Shown here in pieces: positions 16,371 through 23,621 of a stretch of DNA of 36,616 nt. Position 1 is the first letter of the stretch. Every line of letters begins with the position of its first letter. The notes beneath the pieces are model-generated. The model did no database searches, was not told the DNA's origin, and saw only the letters and a program-made list of their open reading frames with translations. Source of the stretch: Candidatus Parvarchaeota archaeon (GTDB lineage Archaea; Nanobdellota; Nanobdellia; Parvarchaeales; Parvarchaeaceae); the NCBI GenBank assembly GCA_027366075.1, contig DAHXLI010000028.1, forward strand, positions 1 through 36,616, given 5' to 3'. The position numbers and the translations under genes were made by a program.

Positions 16371-16883
16371 TCACTGGCCTATGCACGAGGAACAGAGTGG
16401 ACTGTCGCCCGTTATGCATGTAGGTATGCTAGTGTCGCAATTTTGTATGTCCGTGGCATTGTCGGCAACTATCGTGCTACTCTGGCAACTTTCGAGGGCA
16501 GCGGTATTTGAAGGACCTAAGATCTTGCAATTTTGCAATACGCTTGCCGGCGGATTTTGTATGCAGTTTTGAACGACAGAGTTACTGCCATGGCCGTTCG
16601 TCCAATAATCATAGTAACACCAGTTTGTTATACATGTCGTGTTTGCGGTAGCCTGATCATAACAAGCATTGGTAAGGTAACATCTAAAAAGCGGCGTCCC
16701 TTCCATTCTATTGGGCGTGCCGTATTCTGCCTGGGTAAACTGGTTCTCGAGGAGGTTATTGTTATTGCAGCCTATCGGGAACACTTCTGAAAAATTCTGA
16801 TAGAAGATGAAGAAGACCACAAGGGCCACTATGAGAGAGAAAAGCACTTCGTACCATATGAACTCTTCGGTGTTTCCAGCCAT
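16371..16883 (-). CDS. N-terminally anchored cysteine-rich (12 Cys) protein, first gene of the operon
   Basis: MAGNTEEFIWYEVLFSLIVALVVFFIFY is followed by a Cys/Asn/Thr/Gln-rich body (..NACYDQATANTTCITNWCYYDYW..). Confidence 0.7.
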   Translation of the reverse strand: MAGNTEEFIWYEVLFSLIVALVVFFIFYQNFSEVFPIGCNNNNLLENQFTQAEYGTPNRMEGTPLFRCYLTNACYDQATANTTCITNWCYYDYWTNGHGSNSVVQNCIQNPPASVLQNCKILGPSNTAALESCQSSTIVADNATDIQNCDTSIPTCITGDSPLCSSCIGQ

Positions 16884-16901
16884 GACTCTGATTGGTTTTA
16901 G

Positions 16902-16911
16902 TATAATTTAA
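16902..16911 (-). promoter_or_regulatory. TATA-like element for the 16883->13306 operon
   Basis: The minus strand reads cTTAAATTATAc, centred about 24 nt upstream of ATG 16883 (leaderless-type spacing). Confidence 0.35.
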
Positions 16912-16946
16912 GTTTTGATTTGGACGCAGGGACGTAAGGCGGAGGT

Positions 16947-17354
16947 CTACTTGATGGCCCTGTCGTGCAGAATCACTTCAAACCACTTATATTGGCCGTT
17001 TTCTACCAAGAAATAAGAACCGACCACATCCATGTTCTTATACGTTTTTTGAGTCCTCGTTTCCGCGATTTTTTGCTTGCTGACAGCGAGGTTGAAATAT
17101 ATACCCGTCTTGCTCGGTCTTCGCGCATGGACTGGCCTTGGCCTTCTGAAGCTCCCTTTCGCCACCCGTACCCTTACGATCACGTAGCCCGTCTTAGCCT
17201 TGTAACCGAGCATCTTTGCCCTGGTAAGCCTAGTAGGCCTTTCGACTCTTTCCAAGATAGAACCTTTTTCGGCGCTTAGAAGCAAAGCTTTCTTCGTGGC
17301 TTTATCCTTAAACATCAGTCTTTCGTTGTCTCTTATATACTTAAATGATCCCAT
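16947..17354 (-). CDS. rpl15e: 50S ribosomal protein L15e (short form, 135 aa)
   Basis: MGSFKYIRD..RVERPTRLTRAKMLGYKAKTGYVIVRVRVAKGSFRRPRP..RRPSK..YKWFEVIL is the L15e core signature. Confidence 0.85.
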   Translation of the reverse strand: MGSFKYIRDNERLMFKDKATKKALLLSAEKGSILERVERPTRLTRAKMLGYKAKTGYVIVRVRVAKGSFRRPRPVHARRPSKTGIYFNLAVSKQKIAETRTQKTYKNMDVVGSYFLVENGQYKWFEVILHDRAIK

Positions 17355-17412
17355 AGAGTTTAAGTATAAATCTTAGGATATAAATATCTTTTTGTCCTCT
17401 GTCGAAGACTGA

Positions 17413-17922
17413 TTATCCGCTGACCGCGCCCTCTATTTCTATCGCTTGTGGGAATAGAGGCGAAGACACGTTCGCGGGCTTATAGTAGATGTCTATCGAA
17501 GCCGTCCACGACGTCGGTAACGACAGCGTAAGATTGCATTCTGCGTAGCCTAGGTCCGGTATATACAGGTTTGGCAGGGCGGAACCAGGTACTTTGGTGC
17601 TATTTTCTATTGTGCTAACGCATTTGCCGGTCGAAAAACTCTGGTTTATGCCAGACGCTATAAAGTATATCTTGCTTATGTTTATGTTCTCGTTTAAGAT
17701 ATTTTGGAAACGAATATAATAGAATCCGGTCGCATTACAGCCGCTGCCGCAATATCCTTGTCCTGTGACTAACAGTCCCGTAAATCCTGAGTAGGTACTC
17801 GACGGCGCGGAAGAGAAGATATTAGGATAAAATATGAAAAGTATCGCCAAGGCGGCTGCGATTATTATGAATGCGATACTGTACCCTAAGAGCATTTCAA
17901 GCATGCTCTGTCCCTTAGCCAT
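17413..17922 (-). CDS. class III signal peptide protein (type IV pilin-like)
   Basis: MAKG-QSMLEMLLGYSIAFIIIAAALAILFIF shows K-G at -2/-1, Q at +1 and E at +5. 4 Cys and several sequons. Confidence 0.75.
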   Translation of the reverse strand: MAKGQSMLEMLLGYSIAFIIIAAALAILFIFYPNIFSSAPSSTYSGFTGLLVTGQGYCGSGCNATGFYYIRFQNILNENINISKIYFIASGINQSFSTGKCVSTIENSTKVPGSALPNLYIPDLGYAECNLTLSLPTSWTASIDIYYKPANVSSPLFPQAIEIEGAVSG

Positions 17923-17954
17923 AGAATACTTTTAAGATACGGATATTTAACGAT

Positions 17955-18026
17955 AGCCTTGGACGGGGATTGGACCCGTGACCCCCTGATTACGAGTCAG
18001 GTACTCTACCACTGAGCTACCAAGGC
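17955..18026 (-). tRNA. tRNA-Thr (anticodon CGU)
   Basis: I folded the cloverleaf by hand: acceptor GCCTTGG/CCAAGGC, anticodon stem CCTGA/TCAGG with loop CTCGTAA, T stem ACGGG/CCCGT. The T loop reads TCCAATC, which is non-canonical at position 55. No CCA is encoded. Confidence 0.8.
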
Positions 18027-18197
18027 TCACTTGAAATCTACAGGGCTACTGTTCACTGCCCTCAAGTATGAGCTTTCGCTTACTATATGTTTTTTAACAT
18101 CGACGGTCTTACCGCAGGAAAAGCATTTTATGGATTTAAGCGAACTGGTCCTTCTGTACTTGCCACAATTTGGACACCTTATTATGTAGCCGATCAT
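18027..18197 (-). CDS. 56-aa zinc-ribbon protein
   Basis: Not in the ORF track. Sequence: MIGYIIRCPNCGKYRRTSSLKSIKCFSCGKTVDVKKHIVSESSYLRAVNSSPVDFK (CxxC-x13-CxxC). Its ATG lies 1 nt after the minD stop, and its stop codon abuts the 5' end of tRNA-Thr. Confidence 0.55.
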   Translation of the reverse strand: MIGYIIRCPNCGKYRRTSSLKSIKCFSCGKTVDVKKHIVSESSYLRAVNSSPVDFK

Positions 18198-18198
18198 G

Positions 18199-18924
18199 TC
18201 ATCTCCAGCCGGTCAGATCTCTTGCAAGTTCCAAGAATGCTTTAGACGCCGGGCTTTTCGGGTTTTGCCAGACTATGGGTATCCCCTTTTTAAGAGCCTC
18301 GAATACGTTCATATCTTCCGGGATCTTCCAGACGTTTCTGGCTTCGACCACCCTACTTACTTCGCTATCGCTCATATGTCCGCTTATCTTTTTATTTACG
18401 CGGTTTAACACGATCCCTATCACCCCAACGCCAGCGGCAATGCTTTCTTCGTTGAGTTTCTTTGCCTCTATCATAGAAGCTATCTCTGGCATAGAAACAA
18501 TCAAAGTGGTGGCGTTCTTCATCATTTTTACGAAGTCTAATCCAGCAGAGGGCTTTGAATCCAGCACCACAAAGTCGTAGTCGTTGGTTATCCTGCCGAC
18601 ATGATGAAAAAGATTTATTATTTTGTATTGTGCATTTCCATCACCCTTGTTCTTGAAGACCCTAGACGGTAGTATGTGAAGATTTGGGTTTCCCGTCTTG
18701 TATATCGCTTCGTTTATCGGAACCCTTCCGTTTAATACGTCTTCGAGCGAGTTCTTGTAGCCTACGAAGCCGTAATATATAGCTACATGCGGAGTATCCA
18801 AGTTTGCGTCAATGATAAGCACCCGCTTTCCCATGGTCGCCAGAGCTGCAGCTAGGTTTACAGACACGGTAGTTTTACCGACCCCGCCCTTTGGGCTCAT
18901 CACGACTATTACGTTTGACGCCAT
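18199..18924 (-). CDS. minD: MinD/ParA-family P-loop ATPase
   Basis: The deviant Walker A VVMSPKGGVGKTTVSVNLAAALA is followed by VLIIDANLD and FVVLDSKPS. I prefer the ATG at 18924 to the TTG start in the track at 18942. Confidence 0.9.
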   Translation of the reverse strand: MASNVIVVMSPKGGVGKTTVSVNLAAALATMGKRVLIIDANLDTPHVAIYYGFVGYKNSLEDVLNGRVPINEAIYKTGNPNLHILPSRVFKNKGDGNAQYKIINLFHHVGRITNDYDFVVLDSKPSAGLDFVKMMKNATTLIVSMPEIASMIEAKKLNEESIAAGVGVIGIVLNRVNKKISGHMSDSEVSRVVEARNVWKIPEDMNVFEALKKGIPIVWQNPKSPASKAFLELARDLTGWR

Positions 18925-18988
18925 ACTATAACTTATACCCAAAGCAATAAAAATCTTGCTTAAATATATATCTGGCTTAGAAAACTAA

Positions 18989-19513
18989 ATGCAGCTAGAA
19001 ACGCAAAAATGCCACATTTGCGGTAGGGAATCCGAGTTTTATTCCGAATACCTGAAACAACCGCTCTGCAAGAAGCATCTGGAGCGGATGCTTACAAAAA
19101 GGATAAGAAGTGCTTTGATCTCAAAGGATTACAAGCAGAGAAAATTTAAATTGTCCCCAGACGGCTCAGACGCCTACAAAATGGAAAAATTCGTGTTTAG
19201 AGTGGATAAGAAGAGCGGCGTCCTGCTCACGAATCTTACCATGGAGGACTTCGCATTATCGGTATTGGATTATTTTTTGACCGGCAAAAAACCGAAGCAA
19301 AAGATAGGCGCCAAGACTTTTTTTAACCCGCTTTACACGACATCGAACGAAGAGATCACCGCTTTTCTTGAGTCCAAAGGCGAAAAGACGAAGCCAAAGA
19401 AGCTTACCAAAAGGCAGAGATACCTCACGGATTTTATGAAAGACATAGAGAAAAGACGTCCCGGCGGGATGCTTTCAATCGTTAAAATGGGGGAGAAAAT
19501 AGGGATAATCTGA
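18989..19513 (+). CDS. zinc-finger protein resembling a minimised NcsA/TtuA-type PP-loop ATPase without the PP-loop
   Basis: CHICGRESEFYSEYLKQPLCKKHLERMLTKRIRSAL resembles the N-terminal Zn finger plus helix of NcsA/TtuA. The expected SGGxDS position reads SPDGSD. The protein is only 174 aa. Confidence 0.5.
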   Translation: MQLETQKCHICGRESEFYSEYLKQPLCKKHLERMLTKRIRSALISKDYKQRKFKLSPDGSDAYKMEKFVFRVDKKSGVLLTNLTMEDFALSVLDYFLTGKKPKQKIGAKTFFNPLYTTSNEEITAFLESKGEKTKPKKLTKRQRYLTDFMKDIEKRRPGGMLSIVKMGEKIGII

Positions 19514-19514
19514 T

Positions 19515-19763
19515 TTATTTTATTCGTGTGTAATATTTTTTTTCGGTAAACCTTCCCCAACTGAATTTACCTTCTTCGGTCACTTTGCTCACTGAGATTT
19601 CGCCTTTCTTAAGCGCGAGATAAAGATAGTGATACACTAGGCGCTTCGAAATATTTTGGTGCGTGTCTTTTAGCAGGCCAAAGACCTGATAACCAGTTAA
19701 TTTTCTGTCGCTCAAAGAATTTATTATGTCGGAAAGCAGTTCCTCATTTATCTTTTTTACCAT
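19515..19763 (-). CDS. small winged-helix DNA-binding protein (putative regulator)
   Basis: 82 aa. LTGYQVFGLLKDTHQNISKRLVYHYLYLALKKGEISV has a wHTH-like pattern. It is the last gene of the secF operon string. Confidence 0.5.
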   Translation of the reverse strand: MVKKINEELLSDIINSLSDRKLTGYQVFGLLKDTHQNISKRLVYHYLYLALKKGEISVSKVTEEGKFSWGRFTEKKYYTRIK

Positions 19764-19768
19764 GTGAT

Positions 19769-20329
19769 CTATTGACAGGCCGGGGCGACGTCGTTTATTG
19801 ACATGCAGGCATACTGCAACAACTGCTGTTCAGCCGTCGGCTCACTATCAAAGCCCCCTATTTTATAGTATTGGGCGTACGCTCCGCCAATAAAGACAAA
19901 AGGGACTTTTCCTTGGGCCAGTGAAGCGAATACGCTTTCTGAGCCCGGCGGCGCCATAACATCGCTCGCGTTTGTATTGTAAGCGGTTATATTGAATGCA
20001 TAAGCGCAGAAGTATGAGCTGTAAAAAGTCCCATTAGCAGCGGACCCAGATATAGCGAACTTTGATGTCACGTTCGTGAAAGCACTTAGCTCGGTCGCGC
20101 AACTTTGGCAGTTATCCGCATAAAAGAATATCATCGTCGACTTATTGGCGGTGCAAAGGCTGGAGTTAGATACCGTCACGCCGGAGGCTATAGGGGATGT
20201 CTGCTTGAACGAGTAAAAACTATTTAACGAATCGATCTCATATAGAAGCACGAAACTCAGGATAGTAAACCCCACGAGTACTGCTATGTATACATACTTG
20301 TATTTTTTAAGAGACTTAACGCTGTGCAT
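19769..20329 (-). CDS. membrane-anchored thioredoxin-fold protein with a CxxC (CQSC) motif, DsbA/thiol-disulfide oxidoreductase-like
   Basis: It has an N-terminal anchor YVYIAVLVGFTILSFVLLY. MIFFYADNCQSCATEL is a beta1-CxxC-alpha1 arrangement, and GKVPFVFIGG is a cis-Pro loop-like element. Confidence 0.65.
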   Translation of the reverse strand: MHSVKSLKKYKYVYIAVLVGFTILSFVLLYEIDSLNSFYSFKQTSPIASGVTVSNSSLCTANKSTMIFFYADNCQSCATELSAFTNVTSKFAISGSAANGTFYSSYFCAYAFNITAYNTNASDVMAPPGSESVFASLAQGKVPFVFIGGAYAQYYKIGGFDSEPTAEQQLLQYACMSINDVAPACQ

Positions 20330-21245
20330 AAAATGAGATATTCAGAGTGTTTAGTTCGCTTTGCTTACACGAGTTACTGCTGTCGTTTATACAGATATTT
20401 GTCACGTCTGCGCCAAGCCCGGTATATATATTGTAATATGTTTGTGTAGCGAAGTTGCTGAGGCTTGATATCAGATTAAAGACGACCAGGGAACTATTGC
20501 ACGTGGCTCTCAGCGGATAATAATATATCTCGTACTGGAACGGGACAGGCAGATAAATCGGATCGGTTTCTACGGTACCGTTTTTTAGATCCAATATGTA
20601 TTCAGGTATTTGTTCCAGCTTTATCAGCGACTTTACCATTGAAGACTGGAGGCTTTCGTTCGTAGAGTTCAAAACGGATATATCATAGTATAAGGGCCCG
20701 AAGAAAGTAGAATTAGCTTCCGCCCCCGGGATGGATTTTACGGAATTATAAGCTCTATACAGTGTAGATGCCGTTGAGTTGTAAAGCGAGTAAGCCGTCG
20801 AATAATTCATAAATTTCATGGTAAAATTGTAGATGACGCCGGTTATGGTCGTACAGCCTGGTAAACCCGGGTCTATGACACATAAAGTGTACTTGCCGAC
20901 ATCAGTGGTTATGTTTGTGTATTCCTTGTATGCAGTAAAGTTCTCCAACGCCACCAACGGCGGTATGTTGTAGTAAGAGGGTTCTACGCCGTAATTGCAG
21001 TTTATAATCATCTCGTTATTGGCCGGCACCTGATAATAGGCTGAAAGCGAGGTGTTGCTATCGAAACCGTACTTGCCAAGAAAACCTAGTAGCGCAGCCT
21101 GGTTGGCTTGCACAACTCTGCCTACAGACTGGTTCGTGTTAGAGCCGGTAATTGTGTTAAAAGTCGGATAACTGTATATTATTACAGTAAACACGGCGGC
21201 GAATATAAGCACCGCCGCAAGCAGTGCGGTAGTGTTTCTATTCAT
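20316..21245 (-). CDS. N-terminally anchored, sequon-rich exported protein (6 Cys), family unknown
   Basis: The anchor MNRNTTALLAAVLIFAAVFTVIIY is followed by an Asn/Thr/Ser/Tyr-rich body with many N-x-S/T sequons. It overlaps both neighbouring genes. Confidence 0.65.
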   Translation of the reverse strand: MNRNTTALLAAVLIFAAVFTVIIYSYPTFNTITGSNTNQSVGRVVQANQAALLGFLGKYGFDSNTSLSAYYQVPANNEMIINCNYGVEPSYYNIPPLVALENFTAYKEYTNITTDVGKYTLCVIDPGLPGCTTITGVIYNFTMKFMNYSTAYSLYNSTASTLYRAYNSVKSIPGAEANSTFFGPLYYDISVLNSTNESLQSSMVKSLIKLEQIPEYILDLKNGTVETDPIYLPVPFQYEIYYYPLRATCNSSLVVFNLISSLSNFATQTYYNIYTGLGADVTNICINDSSNSCKQSELNTLNISFYAQR

Positions 21246-22036
21246 AACTTCTTCGTTTCGCGTATTTCTTTTGCCAGTAAGTCCGGGTTGATGGTCGCTA
21301 TTTTGATTTCTAATAAGTCATATGGGTTTGCTTTGCCGCCCAAAAACTTCAACTTAAAATGTCCCCCAGCATTTTGCGAGATTGCCCAGGTCGCTTCCTT
21401 CTCGTGGATGCCCGAGAGTTTTTTGACTACCCCGGCAAGGTCAAACAAAAGCATAGGATCGCATTGGCCGAACCCGATATGCCTTTTTGGGGCGACTACT
21501 ATCTCAAAATCAGATCTTGGCGCGAATGGGACGTAGACCAGGAAATTTTCCGTGCTGTAGATCTCTCTATTGCTGGCATTCTTCAAGGATTCGCATTCAA
21601 AGCAGCCTTTGGTTTCTTTTCGCGGGATCGGGAGCAACAATAGGTCGAAATACCCGTGCTCTTCCTGCGTTCTAGTTATCATCATATTCTGCCCAAGTTT
21701 GTATTTGTCAAGCGAATTTATCCGGTCCTCTAATATTGATAGGAGCTGTTCTATTTCCTCTACCGTGAAAGTCTTTGATTTGTTCTCGTGATTGTCGCTG
21801 TCTACGATGACTTCTTCGTATCCGTCCGCAAGCGAACTTTTAAAAAATTCACCGCTCAACTCGTATTTTGACGGCTGTACATCGTCTTTTATTTCGTACA
21901 CTTTTACGCGCCCGCGCATAAATGGCGCCGAAGCGATGTCGTTTCCTTTGCCCTTGCAAGCCTTGCACCCTTCCGACCTGTTTGTGATGAGCGTAAATGA
22001 AAGTGATTCTGGGTCCAGTCTAAACTCATTTACCAT
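21242..22036 (-). CDS. GalT-like (HIT superfamily) protein lacking the H-P-H-x-Q catalytic motif
   Basis: It is collinear with GalT: FRLDPESL..CKACKG, GYEEVIVDSDNH, CFEC, ENFLVYVPFAPRSDFEIVVAPKRH. At the active-site position it reads EEHGYFDLLLLP instead of the HPHxQ seen in 33531..34520. Confidence 0.7.
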   Translation of the reverse strand: MVNEFRLDPESLSFTLITNRSEGCKACKGKGNDIASAPFMRGRVKVYEIKDDVQPSKYELSGEFFKSSLADGYEEVIVDSDNHENKSKTFTVEEIEQLLSILEDRINSLDKYKLGQNMMITRTQEEHGYFDLLLLPIPRKETKGCFECESLKNASNREIYSTENFLVYVPFAPRSDFEIVVAPKRHIGFGQCDPMLLFDLAGVVKKLSGIHEKEATWAISQNAGGHFKLKFLGGKANPYDLLEIKIATINPDLLAKEIRETKKL

Positions 22037-22037
22037 A

Positions 22038-23621
22038 CTAAGCCGTCCCTTTTATTTTACCGATTATCTCGGCATAAGCCGGCCTTGTTATCAAAAGACC
22101 TATCAGCGAAGCGAGTATAGTCGTCAACGCGAAGCCGGTGAAAAGGCTCGCCGTGGAGAAAAGCAGCGGGAACATTATCGCGGCGAAAGAGAAGAACGAT
22201 ACAAATATTATGAAGAAAGCCCTTTTTACCCTTTTCTTGACCGCGGTATATTCCAATTGCGATGAACCCCGTATTATCTCATCGGTTATTATTATCTGGT
22301 CGTCGACAGATATACCTATGCTCGCTATGATCCCGGCTATGCTCGGGATGTCGAGGGTCCAGTGTATGAGTGCGGCCACGCCGATCACGACGACTATCTC
22401 GGCTACGCTCGTGGCCAATATGAGCGAGGAGATCCTGTAGTCTTTATATCGCAGGAAGACGACCAGAGCCACCGCTACGAAAGCGGCAAAAAGCAGGATA
22501 TATATCTCGCCTATGAACTGCGAGCCCGTAGTCGACGAGACCGACCGGATGGATATGACTTTTATCGGCGTAGGCAGGCTACCGCTTTCGAACACGGATT
22601 GCAGAGTTTTCATCTGTGTGAGGGCCTGCTGGTAGGATGAGGCGGACCCGCTTATGGTTATGGTCTGTGCCGCCTGCCCTTTAAGGTTAGAAGATATGGA
22701 CAAAGACGATATCTGCTTGCTATTTAGATAAAGCACTATCGGCTTGCTAAGATACGTCCCGCTTACCGAAAGGTTCTTAGTCGCGGCCGCAAAGTTTGCT
22801 GCGGCTTGCTTAGTCAGTTGGATCCCAAAGTTAAACGTGTACGAGCCGCTGCTCAACGTAGGCAGGGTTTCTCCGCCGTAAGGGCAGCTGGAAGTAAGAC
22901 ACACGGTCACTATGCCTTCGCTTTTATTTGTGCTATTGAATACTGTATAGTTGCCGATGGTAGCGTAGAATATCCCCTGGCTTTGTATCAGTGAAAGGGC
23001 CTGGCTCTCCCCGACGTTCGGCATGCTGATCTCTATGTAGGAGCCCTGCGAAAGTGTCTGTATCACGCTCACGGATATGCCGCTCAGCCCGAACGTGTTA
23101 AGCCGCGTCTGGAGTACGGTATCCAAATTGCTTATCACAGTGCTGTTCGCAGGCCGGGTCGAGTTCGGTACGACGGTTATCTGCGTGCCGCCGATTATGT
23201 CCAGGCCGTAGCTAAGCGAAGTCGAAGGCACGTCTTCCGTCTGTATAAAACTGGAATTTAGCGGGGCGGTTTTTGTGATCGGTATAGTGACGCTGGCCGT
23301 CGTGTAAATATATGGGAATAGTTCGTTTTCATAAGTTATGGTCAACGTGGCGTTTATCTTTGCCGTCTGATTGAGCGTAGAGTAAAATTGTTGCGCGCTG
23401 CCGATATGGACGCCGTTTATCGAAGTGATTATCGAACCGGTAGTCAGCGTAGTCGACCCTATCGCGCTTAAGTTGCCAAGGTAAGAATCCGTAGACAGGT
23501 AGATCACCTGGGCACCCGTCACATTAAGTATGTTGGGCTGTATCGCAAGGAAAGCCACGACTATCGCCAAAAGCATTATTATGACCCTCCAATCCTTTAA
23601 AAGCGACCCGACGTTGTTCAT
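22038..23621 (-). CDS. secD: protein-export membrane protein SecD
   Basis: One N-terminal TM, a large extracytoplasmic domain (..YGLDIIGGTQITV..), then a C-terminal 5-TM bundle with IGISVDDQIIITDEI. Confidence 0.85.
   Translation of the reverse strand: MNNVGSLLKDWRVIIMLLAIVVAFLAIQPNILNVTGAQVIYLSTDSYLGNLSAIGSTTLTTGSIITSINGVHIGSAQQFYSTLNQTAKINATLTITYENELFPYIYTTASVTIPITKTAPLNSSFIQTEDVPSTSLSYGLDIIGGTQITVVPNSTRPANSTVISNLDTVLQTRLNTFGLSGISVSVIQTLSQGSYIEISMPNVGESQALSLIQSQGIFYATIGNYTVFNSTNKSEGIVTVCLTSSCPYGGETLPTLSSGSYTFNFGIQLTKQAAANFAAATKNLSVSGTYLSKPIVLYLNSKQISSLSISSNLKGQAAQTITISGSASSYQQALTQMKTLQSVFESGSLPTPIKVISIRSVSSTTGSQFIGEIYILLFAAFVAVALVVFLRYKDYRISSLILATSVAEIVVVIGVAALIHWTLDIPSIAGIIASIGISVDDQIIITDEIIRGSSQLEYTAVKKRVKRAFFIIFVSFFSFAAIMFPLLFSTASLFTGFALTTILASLIGLLITRPAYAEIIGKIKGTA

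Noticed and set aside
21108-22640. Multiple plus-strand ORFs (21108..21536, 21359..21643, 21792..22265, 22138..22440, 22362..22640 and others) opposite the GalT-like and SecD genes.
   Set aside because: They are antisense to genes with clear family signatures and have no motifs of their own.
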